Below are positions 35,801-45,760 of a stretch of DNA of 64,000 nt, piece by piece. The position numbers and the translations under genes were made by a program. The stretch is from the sequence record LR535910.1; one strand, given 5' to 3'. The number at the start of each line of letters is the position of its first letter. The stretch's first letter is position 1. The notes below the pieces were generated by a model. That model was given only the letters and a program-made list of their open reading frames with translations. It did no database searches and was not told the DNA's origin.

Positions 35801-36067
35801 ATGTCTAGTGTTGAAGCAGTAATCTATTTTGAAAACGATGGGGTCGCGGGGTGCGGCTTCCCGAAGACAGCTGGGGTTAAATCTCTGTTGGCAAAGTATA
35901 AAGAGGAGCTTAAGAAAACGGCAGGGCAGAACCCTGGCGTGCCGCTGCGTAGTATTTTTCCTGAGATGGAGAAGGCTGCAAAAGTTGATCCGGTGTTGGG
36001 TATGTTCTGCGGGATGATCAAAGAGCGATTCCCTGACATTGATAAGTACCACATTACGCTGGCGTAA
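35801..36067 (+). CDS. Hypothetical protein
   Basis: 88 aa from ATG 35801 with AAGGAG RBS. Confidence 0.8.
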   Translation: MSSVEAVIYFENDGVAGCGFPKTAGVKSLLAKYKEELKKTAGQNPGVPLRSIFPEMEKAAKVDPVLGMFCGMIKERFPDIDKYHITLA

Positions 36068-36101
36068 TTATTATAGAGTAGCTCTATAATGAGGTTCGAG
36101 C

Positions 36102-36404
36102 ATGGTAAAGTTCATTGTTGTCAATATGGATTTTGAGCGTAGTGTGCGTTTTCGCTTTGAGTTACCTGAAAACAAAGCGACTGAAGCTTTCTTAGCCGAC
36201 TTCCACAAAGCCAAAACAGCGATCAGTCATGGACGTCGCTGGCAAATCTTCTATAACGCCCGTAAAGGCCTCCTGAAGGCGTTAAAAGCAGCAAAGGATA
36301 CAAAGGTATTGGAAAAGCTAGAACCTTTCCAGAACGACCCTCTGGCGATTGGTATCATGCTCGACGAACTGGTTAATAAACCCAAAGCTGCTGCAGAAGA
36401 TTAA
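36102..36404 (+). CDS. Hypothetical protein
   Basis: 100 aa; GAGG RBS. Confidence 0.8.
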   Translation: MVKFIVVNMDFERSVRFRFELPENKATEAFLADFHKAKTAISHGRRWQIFYNARKGLLKALKAAKDTKVLEKLEPFQNDPLAIGIMLDELVNKPKAAAED

Positions 36405-36465
36405 AAAAGAAAAGGTACCTCTCCCCGAAGGGAGAGGTAAACCTTATTTCTTTTTCTTTTTTTGT
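36403..36465. terminator. Bidirectional terminator between convergent genes
   Basis: TACCTCTCCC-CGAA-GGGAGAGGTA (TTCG loop on minus strand), A-tract left, T-tract right. Confidence 0.85.
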
Positions 36466-39210
36466 TTAGAGGACGTTGTCTGGGTTGTCGTCGGTAGTTC
36501 CTTCACCGCCTTCTGTGCCTTCCGTTCCCTCGGTAGTTGTTTCCGTGGTTTCGGTCGACTCAGTAGTTTCCTCTGTACTATCACCACCGGTGCCGTTATC
36601 CGTATCGAGATCGAGGTCTAAATCATCGTCACCCCCACCGCCGAGATCCCCATCACCACCACCAGTGTCACCGCCCGCATCAAAACCACCACCGAATCCG
36701 CCGGAAGCATCATTAGGATCAAGGTCGGCATTCTTCGCTAACGTTTCCAGTCGCCCGGTGAAACGTTTCGCCAATTGAATCAGCGTTTTCGAAGCAGCCA
36801 TCGCTTCATCAGCCATCATGGTGATGTTGTCCTGACGAGAATCATCGTCGTAAACCAGATCGAAGAAGTCAGTTTCAATGCCTTGTTTACGCAGCCAGTT
36901 GCGCGTATAGAAGGACTTGATCATCGTCTTCAGATCGTTCGGGTCCATCGAGATGCCTTCTTGCTGGAGTTGCGCAGCAATGTCATCCGTTACAACCAGA
37001 TCAGCCAGCTTCTCAAAGAACTCCGTACGTTTATCGAACAGCTCCATCTGCGAAGCTGCTGCAGAGGTGTCTGGCGGTGGTAAGGTTACTTTCATACCGT
37101 TGATAAACGCAGCCAGGTACTCAGAGACCTTTTTCGTAATCTGGTCAGTAGTCATCCCATTACCGTTAGCGTTGATGTACTCTGCAATGATTTTAATCAT
37201 CGCTGATTGCAACGACGGAGAGGCCAACATCCCATTAACTACGTAACGTGTCAGTGGCTTAGAGAGAATCTCTTGCTTCTTAACAACCTGCTGGGTGACC
37301 AGTAACGATTTAGAGAAGATCTGTGAAGCAAACTCGATGTTCTCGGGGGTCATTACCAGGTCAGGGTCAACACCTGCGATGTGGCAAGTACGACGTAACA
37401 GACCTTCGTCGAAATCCTTATCCGGGTATTTATAATCCGGCGTAGTATCCGACACAGACACTTTGGTACTACCGTAGTAGTCGTTACCAATAACGTTAAA
37501 CGCAATACCTGCGTTTGTCGTCATTGCCCAGGTGTCGTTCATGTCCCCCCACATCGGTTGACGACGGTTATAGGAGTTCATGATGTCTGTTTTCAGCTGG
37601 TCAATTGTTTTCTGACCGTTCATGTCGTCTGGTGCCAACTCAATGTCGTACTGCATGTGACGTGCAGAGTTCAGCACCGCAGAGTTCATGGTAGCGAACA
37701 ACAGCGCCATACGGACAGTAGAGATAACGAACGAGCGTTCGGTAATAGATACACCGATACCATCTTCATCAAAGTCCGTGGCAAAATAGCAAAGGTTTTC
37801 CGCAGGAATATAAATAACCTGCGTATGGCGTTTTGCCAGATGGCGCGCCAGCATGATACGGCTGAACGTTTCGGTTACTGTCATGCTAATCTCAGCACCA
37901 CCCAACGCCTCACCCAACGCTTTTGTCAGCTGGTCTTCAGCAATCTCACCATAACGCGCTGTTAAGCGGTTAGCAATGTCTGGTGTGATTCGGGTTGTGT
38001 TGCCCATCCCCAGATTCGCGCGGTTGATTGTCGAATCTACCATACCGTCGTTGTTCAGGTAGTTCATGAAGTTCGCATCCCCGTAAAGTGTGGAACGCGA
38101 GTTAATGAAGTTACCCATTTCGTCAACGATGGCCAGATAACCTATGGGGTTACGAACATCGTCACCGATAACGAGTGGGAGTGTGGACTCTGCTGGCAGT
38201 AATCGTTCCGTGTATTCGATTTTGTTGGCATCGGAGAAACTCATCTTCGGTACTTCGCCGTAAAGCTTTTGCTCAGGCGTTTTCTGGTACGCTTCGTTGA
38301 GGTCGCCGATGTTGATTAAACCGAGTTTTGCCTTCTCTTGTTCACTGTCTGTGAACTGGTCAGCGTTATACTCTGACGCACCTGTCGGCGTAGAAGGTTG
38401 TTCATATGCGTACTGCTCTAACTGACCGAACAGGCCGGTGCGAGCATTCTCCTGTGCCACACGGCGATAAGCCTCTGGTAGCAGGGTAATACGCGGGTTG
38501 TCGGTGATAACGATATCCAGGGAAGCTAACATACCGTCTGCTTTAAACGGACTGTTAGGGGCTGCTGCAAAGTTAAGTTTAATGGTTTGTGGCTTGGTGG
38601 GCTTGTCAGCGCCACGTGCACGACCCAGAATACTTTCTACACCAACCTTCGGTTTGTTTTCACCGCCAATCTTGCCCAGGATACCCAACTGACGTTCAAA
38701 GAAGTCAGATTGGCTACGGCGCAACGATTCGGTTGCAACAGACGGCTTTAAGCCGAAGAGTTCATCGAATCCGGTATCTGAAATCAGCAACACCGGGCTC
38801 GCGCCTTTGGATTTCAGTGCATCGTAAATCCACTGATACAGTTTGTTGGGTAACTGGCGCGTGTGGTCATGGAATTCACGCACGGGTTCTAACAACTGTT
38901 GACGCAGGTCGATCGGGATATCAGCCACGTTGTCGTAAATCAGCGTGGTGTTAATCAAATCTTTTGTGGACAGGAGCGAGGAGGTCGCGATGGTAACAAT
39001 GACCTCTAACTCAGGGAGCGCATCAAAGATACGTTCGGCATTTTTAACGGTGCGAATGCGGCTACTCGCAATGCCCGTGAGTTCTGTACGGGTTGGTGTA
39101 ACGCCGCCATCTTCACGCTTACCGCGTTGCTGCTGAGCCGACGGGCTCGTGGACTTACGCAGTATGGCAGCTACCGCGGGGTCGCCCGTTAATTTACTAA
39201 TATCTTCCAT
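36466..39210 (-). CDS. Portal protein (phiKZ gp129/SPN3US gp81-like)
   Basis: 914 aa; VATES candidate cleavage site; acidic Gly/Thr/Glu/Asp tail; divergent from a baseplate gene as in recalled synteny. Confidence 0.75.
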   Translation of the reverse strand: MEDISKLTGDPAVAAILRKSTSPSAQQQRGKREDGGVTPTRTELTGIASSRIRTVKNAERIFDALPELEVIVTIATSSLLSTKDLINTTLIYDNVADIPIDLRQQLLEPVREFHDHTRQLPNKLYQWIYDALKSKGASPVLLISDTGFDELFGLKPSVATESLRRSQSDFFERQLGILGKIGGENKPKVGVESILGRARGADKPTKPQTIKLNFAAAPNSPFKADGMLASLDIVITDNPRITLLPEAYRRVAQENARTGLFGQLEQYAYEQPSTPTGASEYNADQFTDSEQEKAKLGLINIGDLNEAYQKTPEQKLYGEVPKMSFSDANKIEYTERLLPAESTLPLVIGDDVRNPIGYLAIVDEMGNFINSRSTLYGDANFMNYLNNDGMVDSTINRANLGMGNTTRITPDIANRLTARYGEIAEDQLTKALGEALGGAEISMTVTETFSRIMLARHLAKRHTQVIYIPAENLCYFATDFDEDGIGVSITERSFVISTVRMALLFATMNSAVLNSARHMQYDIELAPDDMNGQKTIDQLKTDIMNSYNRRQPMWGDMNDTWAMTTNAGIAFNVIGNDYYGSTKVSVSDTTPDYKYPDKDFDEGLLRRTCHIAGVDPDLVMTPENIEFASQIFSKSLLVTQQVVKKQEILSKPLTRYVVNGMLASPSLQSAMIKIIAEYINANGNGMTTDQITKKVSEYLAAFINGMKVTLPPPDTSAAASQMELFDKRTEFFEKLADLVVTDDIAAQLQQEGISMDPNDLKTMIKSFYTRNWLRKQGIETDFFDLVYDDDSRQDNITMMADEAMAASKTLIQLAKRFTGRLETLAKNADLDPNDASGGFGGGFDAGGDTGGGDGDLGGGGDDDLDLDLDTDNGTGGDSTEETTESTETTETTTEGTEGTEGGEGTTDDNPDNVL

Positions 39211-39221
39211 TGGGGTCTCCG

Positions 39222-41405
39222 ATGCAGAGATTTAACATTTTTCGTGACCAGGCTATCCAGTTAGCGAAATCCCTGATTGTCAAATCAGAGAGCATCGCAC
39301 AACAGATGAACCTGGCAATAACCAAAAACGGCGGTTTCGTTTCCGAGAACCGTGAGACGTGGCGGTATTACCTACACTTAGCAGGTAAACGACATGCAAT
39401 CGACAAGCCGATATACATTACGTCACTCGACACGCAAGAGCAGATAGAGTTAACGACGCAGAACCTCTCCCGTCATAAAAAGACCTCAAACGTATATCGT
39501 TCTAACCCGGAGTATATCGACGACTTAATCGCCGAGTATCCGGACTACGCAGTATACATTCGCGGTACTTTCAATCCGATTGATATTGCATACGCGATAC
39601 GTGTCGATGACTGCTCAATTTTGTATTACGATCCTGCTTTAGTTGAACCGCAGGAGACGTCGTTAATTACACATATTGAGAACTTTATTCGTGCAGCACA
39701 TGTGCGTTTCATGGCCGATGGCTGGAAAGTTCACAACGACTGTTTCGTACTGGCCTTTTACATGCAACAGTACCCGGTGTGGCCGGGGCTTATCATGTAC
39801 ATCCGCAAACGGTTACAGTTTACGACCGAAACGCACTCCTACTACGTGACCGAGTTCTTGGCTTCGCACCAAGAACTGCACGAGTTCATGCCGTACCTGA
39901 CCCTCAAGCAGAAATTCACACTGTATCGCAACATCCGTTACTGGGAACGTAACTCTGGTAAGGAAGAAATCTTTACCTGGATGATTGACACCCTGCTGAC
40001 GGGTTGGGGTATGCCTGCTGTTGGATATAAGGTCGCCCAGCAGATTCACGACCCGACGACGGGCAGTGATGATGACCTGACACCACTCCCGATCGGCTAC
40101 CAGTCATCGCTTAACTATACTGAACGTGACTCGGGCCGTGACCTGGACATTGTTAGCACAACTGACATCATCCAGAAAGAAATCAATCTGGCGTACAATA
40201 ACCCAGTGCACGAACCTGACTATCAGGAAGACCTCGATCGGCGTTTGAGCTTGACGCAGTATCCGAACCTGCCAACGAAGTTAGTTGAGGTAACGGCGAT
40301 TGACCCAGAGGCCATCGAACGTTGGGAATTTATGCATGGCTTGTTCAACGAGTGGATGCATATCGTGGCACGTGGACAGTACAACATTTACCACGAAATT
40401 CTTAACCCAACGAACGGAGATACGCTAAAGCTCACTTCAAAAGAGCTGCTGGCACTGTTCTTGTATGCGAGCTTCAAAGGTTATTCTGGCGTAGCACTGG
40501 ATAAGATCCCGGTGTGGAACGTGTTTGGTGTGCTAATCAAACGCTGGGTTGGTTTTGATGAGATGGAGCAGCATCTGCCAAGCTCATGGCCCGGCCGTTT
40601 TAATGCGTTGATTAACTATTACACGGACACGCATCATGAAGTTATCGGTAATTTGATGTCTGCAGATGAGTTGTACGATGAAATCAGCGAAATCATGGTG
40701 CAGAAGCGTCGTCGTTACCGTTACTCGTATAATCGACACAAGCTAGCCGACCGTGCTGCAGGCACAATGCTGTTTACCTACCACTACCGTGACTATAAGT
40801 GCGATCTTGACCTACCTTACCGCGATTACGACGAGTTCTTCAAAACGTTTGGTTTTGATTACGAGTTAGTCTCCGCGGAAACCTGGCAGGACATCGCCAC
40901 CGACGCTTTAAACGTGGCCACTAATCTGGAAACACGTGCGTCTGTCTCACAAGCTGAAATACAACGCGCGATGGTGCGGTTAATGACGAAACTCTCGTCG
41001 TATACTGTCCATTTTGCCGCACGTATGGGTTCTGACACCTACGATGTCACCGACCCAGTCATCCCGATTCTGGATGATATTCTCGCAGAGGCTGCCGATA
41101 CAACAAATATCATTTACCCTCTGACAGACGTGCAGCGTGTGAGCCGTAGTTCATTCATGACGACGGATAAGCCCATCCCTGTCGCTCCCGTGATAAAGGA
41201 AATGGCAATCCCGCAACGTATTAAGTTGCGGATGAATGTCTACCCTGGTATCCGCGTGAAGGTCGAGCAGGATGTTGTGATCGATATGGTACAGCCACCT
41301 ATTGATGTTATCCGTGTGCGGACGTCATTTGAGGAGTGGACGCTTGCCGAGCGCGTGGCCGACCGTGACATGGATGGCTTCCGGCTAGACCAATTACCAA
41401 AGTGA
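39222..41405 (+). CDS. Virion structural protein, probable baseplate wedge (SPN3US gp82-like)
   Basis: 727 aa from ATG 39222; synteny. Confidence 0.7.
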   Translation: MQRFNIFRDQAIQLAKSLIVKSESIAQQMNLAITKNGGFVSENRETWRYYLHLAGKRHAIDKPIYITSLDTQEQIELTTQNLSRHKKTSNVYRSNPEYIDDLIAEYPDYAVYIRGTFNPIDIAYAIRVDDCSILYYDPALVEPQETSLITHIENFIRAAHVRFMADGWKVHNDCFVLAFYMQQYPVWPGLIMYIRKRLQFTTETHSYYVTEFLASHQELHEFMPYLTLKQKFTLYRNIRYWERNSGKEEIFTWMIDTLLTGWGMPAVGYKVAQQIHDPTTGSDDDLTPLPIGYQSSLNYTERDSGRDLDIVSTTDIIQKEINLAYNNPVHEPDYQEDLDRRLSLTQYPNLPTKLVEVTAIDPEAIERWEFMHGLFNEWMHIVARGQYNIYHEILNPTNGDTLKLTSKELLALFLYASFKGYSGVALDKIPVWNVFGVLIKRWVGFDEMEQHLPSSWPGRFNALINYYTDTHHEVIGNLMSADELYDEISEIMVQKRRRYRYSYNRHKLADRAAGTMLFTYHYRDYKCDLDLPYRDYDEFFKTFGFDYELVSAETWQDIATDALNVATNLETRASVSQAEIQRAMVRLMTKLSSYTVHFAARMGSDTYDVTDPVIPILDDILAEAADTTNIIYPLTDVQRVSRSSFMTTDKPIPVAPVIKEMAIPQRIKLRMNVYPGIRVKVEQDVVIDMVQPPIDVIRVRTSFEEWTLAERVADRDMDGFRLDQLPK

Positions 41406-41412
41406 GAGACTT

Positions 41413-41940
41413 ATGGGATACCGTATAGATTTATCAAAAACCCCGAAACAGATTCTGGTTGAGAGAATCAATTACGTTTTTAAGTTATCGTATAGTGAAA
41501 ATAACTACGAGTTTAACCCACGTGGGGTGTGGCCGCTAACCCAAGCAGAGCGACGCGCTAAAGGTGTGGAGTCTAAAGTTGCGGCGCGCTTTGTAAATGG
41601 GGTACACGGCACTCAAGAGTTTTACCTGACTCGCGCGGACTTAAACAAGTTACTTAAAGACGTAACGGTTGAAGTCCCGAAGGGTGCGGCAGAATGGAGC
41701 CATGAATTAGTTCCGTATATTGTCGATGAGCTGGGTCTCCAGCTTGACACCTACGATATCATGGTTGAACCGATTACCCCAGAAATGGAATCGTATGAGG
41801 CGCGTTTAATCCCGCACCATCTATCTTTCAAAGGCACGATTGCGATTACTTTTGTTGACCCAACTCCCCGTAAGCTGGCGCAGCTGGTAACTAAACGGGC
41901 ACTCGACGGGTTTCGCCCAGGAGAATTTTTAAATGGCTAA
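41413..41940 (+). CDS. Virion structural protein, baseplate/tail-fibre attachment-type domain (SPN3US gp83-like)
   Basis: 175 aa; motifs shared with 46241 and 63335 proteins. Confidence 0.7.
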   Translation: MGYRIDLSKTPKQILVERINYVFKLSYSENNYEFNPRGVWPLTQAERRAKGVESKVAARFVNGVHGTQEFYLTRADLNKLLKDVTVEVPKGAAEWSHELVPYIVDELGLQLDTYDIMVEPITPEMESYEARLIPHHLSFKGTIAITFVDPTPRKLAQLVTKRALDGFRPGEFLNG

Positions 41941-42820
41941 CACCAAAGTTTACGATGGTAAACTGTCAACAGTGACTCTTAACGCGATGCGACTTACGAC
42001 CGCGTTATTGACAGGTGCTGACGTGCAGTACCCACAGAAATCCACGATGAACGAGTTTTATAAACTCATGACCTCGAAAGTTCCCGATGGCGCTACACGT
42101 CCGCATTTAGGATACATGTGCGTGGGTAACCGTGGTCACATCGTTGATCAGTCTGATGTTGTGGCAGACGTTGTTCCCGTCGCGAAATCCCCGATTGCGT
42201 CAGGGATGTTCTCGCGCGTTCCATTGGTACTGCGTACGTTGGATAATGACTTGTCTGATGAGCAACGTAAACAGTACGCTTTCCGTACTCGTGAAACTAT
42301 CGGCGCGCGGGATTACTGGGCGTATTATCTGAAACGTATCGACATGCGCGCAGTGAAGACCACTGACCTGGATATCACTCGCGAAAACGGTGTTGAAACC
42401 GTCAAAGATTTCGTCTATACCGATGCGGAACTGAACCCGGTACCGAAAGAACTCCCAGACTACGATTACGACGATGACGGCACTGTAGAGATCCCCGACG
42501 GTCGTTATGTTGAATCGGGCGCAGACCTGGTGATTCCATGGACTGAGTTTGATGTTCAGGAATACATGAACGTGACGGCGATTCTACGTGGTACGCCACG
42601 CAGTTCGATTATCTCTGAAATTGCGCTGTGCTCTGGCGTTGATACCCCTGAAACGGGTGAGTCGGCCACCGGTTCACAGTTCAGCTACGACGAAGCTATC
42701 GGTGTGCAGGCGTTGTACTACATCTCCCTGTTCACTAACCTGGCACAGACCAACGATCGTCTGTCACTGACCATCCGTATCGGCCAGCCGGCACCGTGGT
42801 TCTTAGGGACAGCTAACTGA
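41933..42820 (+). CDS. Virion structural protein, baseplate (SPN3US gp84-like)
   Basis: 295 aa; AGGAG RBS; YMCVGNRGH and IISEIALCSG segments. Confidence 0.7.
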   Translation: MANTKVYDGKLSTVTLNAMRLTTALLTGADVQYPQKSTMNEFYKLMTSKVPDGATRPHLGYMCVGNRGHIVDQSDVVADVVPVAKSPIASGMFSRVPLVLRTLDNDLSDEQRKQYAFRTRETIGARDYWAYYLKRIDMRAVKTTDLDITRENGVETVKDFVYTDAELNPVPKELPDYDYDDDGTVEIPDGRYVESGADLVIPWTEFDVQEYMNVTAILRGTPRSSIISEIALCSGVDTPETGESATGSQFSYDEAIGVQALYYISLFTNLAQTNDRLSLTIRIGQPAPWFLGTAN

Positions 42821-43470
42821 TGCTGATTCCTGAGCCGAGGTTACCCGACAGTATGGTGAGGATTGCGGCTGTTGACCCCGGTACTGCCCATCTTGGGATG
42901 GCGGTTATCGACTGGGAATTTGGCCAACCTCAAGGTGAAGTTGTCTGGGCGGGCACGGCTCATGTTGCGGACCCTACGCACAATGGCTCTTTTGGTGAGT
43001 GCGTAGGGAAACGCGATGCGCGTTTGGTAGAATTAGAAGAACGCTTTCGTGAGTTTTTAAAACTGGCAAGGCCGACTTTTGTCGCTACCGAAACTCCGTT
43101 CATGCGAAGAGCTAAGCTCTCAGCGTACGAATCTGGGGTGGAATTGCAACTGATGTTGCGGCGAACGCTTTGGGACGTGTTTCCCGAAAAATATCTCCAT
43201 GGGTTTAATCCTATTATTGTGAAGTCGTACGTTGGTGTGGAAGCAAAGGGTACAGATAAATCGCATATGCAACAAGCGGTGACCAAACTCTACGCGAACC
43301 ATACCCGGTGCGACTTATCGGTATTGGATGAACACAGTATCGATGCCGTGGCGGTGGGTAATATCTTCGTCAGGGTCAACTTATTAAACCTAAATAGTCT
43401 TCTTCCGCCCAAGGTTAAAGTTCCTAAAGCTAAGGCCGGTAAGCAGAAAGGAAGACGCCGGAGGAAATAG
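42820..43470 (+). CDS. ruvC: RuvC-like Holliday junction resolvase
   Basis: IAAVDPGTAHLGMAVI, VATETPF, DEHSIDAVAVG supply the RuvC acidic catalytic set; basic C-terminus. Confidence 0.85.
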   Translation: MLIPEPRLPDSMVRIAAVDPGTAHLGMAVIDWEFGQPQGEVVWAGTAHVADPTHNGSFGECVGKRDARLVELEERFREFLKLARPTFVATETPFMRRAKLSAYESGVELQLMLRRTLWDVFPEKYLHGFNPIIVKSYVGVEAKGTDKSHMQQAVTKLYANHTRCDLSVLDEHSIDAVAVGNIFVRVNLLNLNSLLPPKVKVPKAKAGKQKGRRRRK

Positions 43471-43472
43471 CG

Positions 43473-44045
43473 ATGTCGCAGTCTTTGCAAGAAGCCTCGA
43501 CGGATGTGTTGGATGTTCTTATCCAGGCGGGCACCAATAAATTAAGCCTGGAAGAGAGTAACCGACTAAAAACAGCCGCCCAGACCGCTTTGGGAAGTGA
43601 TGTTGAAATTGATGTCACTAAACCTGCTAACGTGATTCTTACTTCTTTACGCCCCCTCATCCTTGAGCAGGTGGGGAACATGGCGAAAACGTTTGAATCG
43701 CAAGCAAAAGCCGCCGTAGAAAGCATGGATGAAAAGCTCGCCAAAGAAACGTTATTGACCCTGTGGCCAAATTTGAAAGGTCCGCAGAAAGTCCTTATCG
43801 TTTTGTTGGTGCTGACCACTGTGGTGATTACTGGCGCGATGGCCTGGGACACGCACCTGCATTATCCACAGGAGTTAACGGATGTGCTGATTGTGGCGCT
43901 CTTACCTTTGTTTGCTCAGGCCGTGTTCTTTACATGGCCGATTAAGACGCTTGCTTACAATTCGATGGCCATTGGTGCCAAGGTTGTTGAATACAAGCTG
44001 AATAAGAGCAACGCGAAGCAACAGACTACCGCACCTAAAGAGTAA
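43473..44045 (+). CDS. Membrane protein with two C-terminal transmembrane helices
   Basis: 190 aa; VLIVLLVLTTVVITGAMAW and VLIVALLPLFAQAVFFTWPI. Confidence 0.8.
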   Translation: MSQSLQEASTDVLDVLIQAGTNKLSLEESNRLKTAAQTALGSDVEIDVTKPANVILTSLRPLILEQVGNMAKTFESQAKAAVESMDEKLAKETLLTLWPNLKGPQKVLIVLLVLTTVVITGAMAWDTHLHYPQELTDVLIVALLPLFAQAVFFTWPIKTLAYNSMAIGAKVVEYKLNKSNAKQQTTAPKE

Positions 44046-44050
44046 TTAAG

Positions 44051-44092
44051 CCCTCTTCTCCTCCTGGAGAAGAGGCTTCTTATTTTTTTTTA
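44051..44092 (+). terminator. Intrinsic terminator
   Basis: CTCTTCTCC-TCCT-GGAGAAGAG plus T-tract. Confidence 0.8.
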
Positions 44093-44115
44093 TTACGTCT
44101 ACGTAAATTACTGTG
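44093..44115 (+). promoter_or_regulatory. TTAC-N15-TGTG putative middle promoter
   Basis: TTAC 44093-96, TGTG 44112-15. Confidence 0.55.
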
Positions 44116-44143
44116 TAAGCACGGCCCAAAAAGGAATATAAAA

Positions 44144-44782
44144 ATGCAATTACAATTTCGTCAACGGTCTGTACTACTACCGTTTAGCGCTATATTAGGT
44201 TCGTTTACCAAAATGCTGTCTGTGGATTTTATTGCAGCTGAGAAAGAAGCGCTGTTATTGGCGGCAGTCGAAGAAGTATTGTGGGAGGCGTTTTACGTAG
44301 TGCCGTTTCGTAGCTGCTTAAACGCCCCGTATGTTGAAGGGCAGTTTGTCAGCGCGCTTTCCGCTGCAATTACCAAACGTAAACTAAATGCCATGGCACA
44401 CGTCAAAGAGATCACCGCGCAACGAGGACGGATATTCGCTACCGTCAGAAATGTGTTAATTAAAGAAGGGTTTCTTGCAGATGCGTTAGGTCCCGAAGTT
44501 CCTTGGGAACCGGGTCATCCGCCGCGTCAGTTTGACCACGGGTACAAGTTAAGTATAATTATGCCACGCGGTAAGCGTGACGTCTCATTGGGGAAATGGT
44601 TACAGATAAGTTGGGTTCGTCCTACTATCGATTGGCAAGAAATGTCGGTCAATCGCTATCTGGAACACCTGGCAAAAACACCGGCACAGTTTCACCGTTC
44701 AACAATCCTGCCGCTACACATGCTGTTAAAACCGTCCCTGTCATTGGCAGAAGCCAGATACCTGCTTAGTGGAGAGAAGTGA
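44144..44782 (+). CDS. Hypothetical protein
   Basis: 212 aa; AAGGA RBS; overlaps GNAT start. Confidence 0.85.
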   Translation: MQLQFRQRSVLLPFSAILGSFTKMLSVDFIAAEKEALLLAAVEEVLWEAFYVVPFRSCLNAPYVEGQFVSALSAAITKRKLNAMAHVKEITAQRGRIFATVRNVLIKEGFLADALGPEVPWEPGHPPRQFDHGYKLSIIMPRGKRDVSLGKWLQISWVRPTIDWQEMSVNRYLEHLAKTPAQFHRSTILPLHMLLKPSLSLAEARYLLSGEK

Positions 44783-45264
44783 TGCTTGTTATTAATGTGG
44801 TCGAGGATAAGATTCCCGCGAATGTTTATCCTGAACTGGTTGAATGGGTACGCGACTTAAACAGTATCCGCGAGGAGCCTATTAAACTCACGATGTTTGT
44901 TGAGGATGATATCGTGCGGGGAATCATGGCATGGGAACCTGGCCATTTGGTCTATATGGTTGTGCCCGAAGAATCGCGGCGGGGCGGTGTCGGCAGATTT
45001 ATGCTTAAGTATCTTCAGCAGAACTCCGATCGTAAACACATCAGCTGTCGTGTTCACCCGACCAACATTCCCGCGCTAGGATTCTTTCACCAACAAGGCT
45101 TCCAGATTGACCGATGGTATATTGCTGCTGACGGCCAACGGTATTTTCGTATGACGAACTACAATGTTATTTCGTCACACACGCCGCCGGAGGAAAAGCT
45201 TTTAACTCATTACGCTGAAAGCGTTCCCATTTTTCTTTCGATGGCAGAAGGTCATTTCGTCTAA
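44779..45264 (+). CDS. GNAT-family acetyltransferase
   Basis: YMVVPEESRRGGVGRFML (motif A RxxGxG) and VHPTNIPALGFFHQQGF (motif B). Confidence 0.88.
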   Translation: MMLVINVVEDKIPANVYPELVEWVRDLNSIREEPIKLTMFVEDDIVRGIMAWEPGHLVYMVVPEESRRGGVGRFMLKYLQQNSDRKHISCRVHPTNIPALGFFHQQGFQIDRWYIAADGQRYFRMTNYNVISSHTPPEEKLLTHYAESVPIFLSMAEGHFV

Positions 45265-45281
45265 ACGAGCGAGAGTGTATA

Positions 45282-45758
45282 ATGATACGTGTTGCTTACG
45301 AAACACGAGATACGGATGGAACCCGTATAAACGTCATCCGCCGTGTGGAGCTTGTTCCTCAGCATGAACTGAATATTGCAGACAGTTCGCTTAGGGGCAC
45401 TCCTGTTAAGATTCTGAATCTTACGAGATGTTCTTTTCATCACAGTAAGACATCACCAGCAATACGGTCCAGTAAAAGAAAAAGTTATGCCGATTTAAAA
45501 CGTCGGTTGTCCCGGCATTTTCGTCGGAGTGCCTGGAAGGCTTTAGTTGAGGTTTTGGTCGACGAGCACCTTATCCAGAGGTTGGAGTGGGAAGAAGTTC
45601 TCAAGGAAGCGGGCTATCCAACAAAACCTTTCTCTTATCACTGGCATCACTTCAAAAAACAGTTCCATGATGCCTTACAGGTATCGCCAAACACTCGCAA
45701 CATGATTCACCGTTTGGAGAAAATGGACTGGCTTCTACCCTATCTGGAAGAGGACTAG
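45282..45758 (+). CDS. Hypothetical basic protein
   Basis: 158 aa, Arg/His/Lys rich. Confidence 0.75.
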   Translation: MIRVAYETRDTDGTRINVIRRVELVPQHELNIADSSLRGTPVKILNLTRCSFHHSKTSPAIRSSKRKSYADLKRRLSRHFRRSAWKALVEVLVDEHLIQRLEWEEVLKEAGYPTKPFSYHWHHFKKQFHDALQVSPNTRNMIHRLEKMDWLLPYLEED

Positions 45759-45760
45759 AT

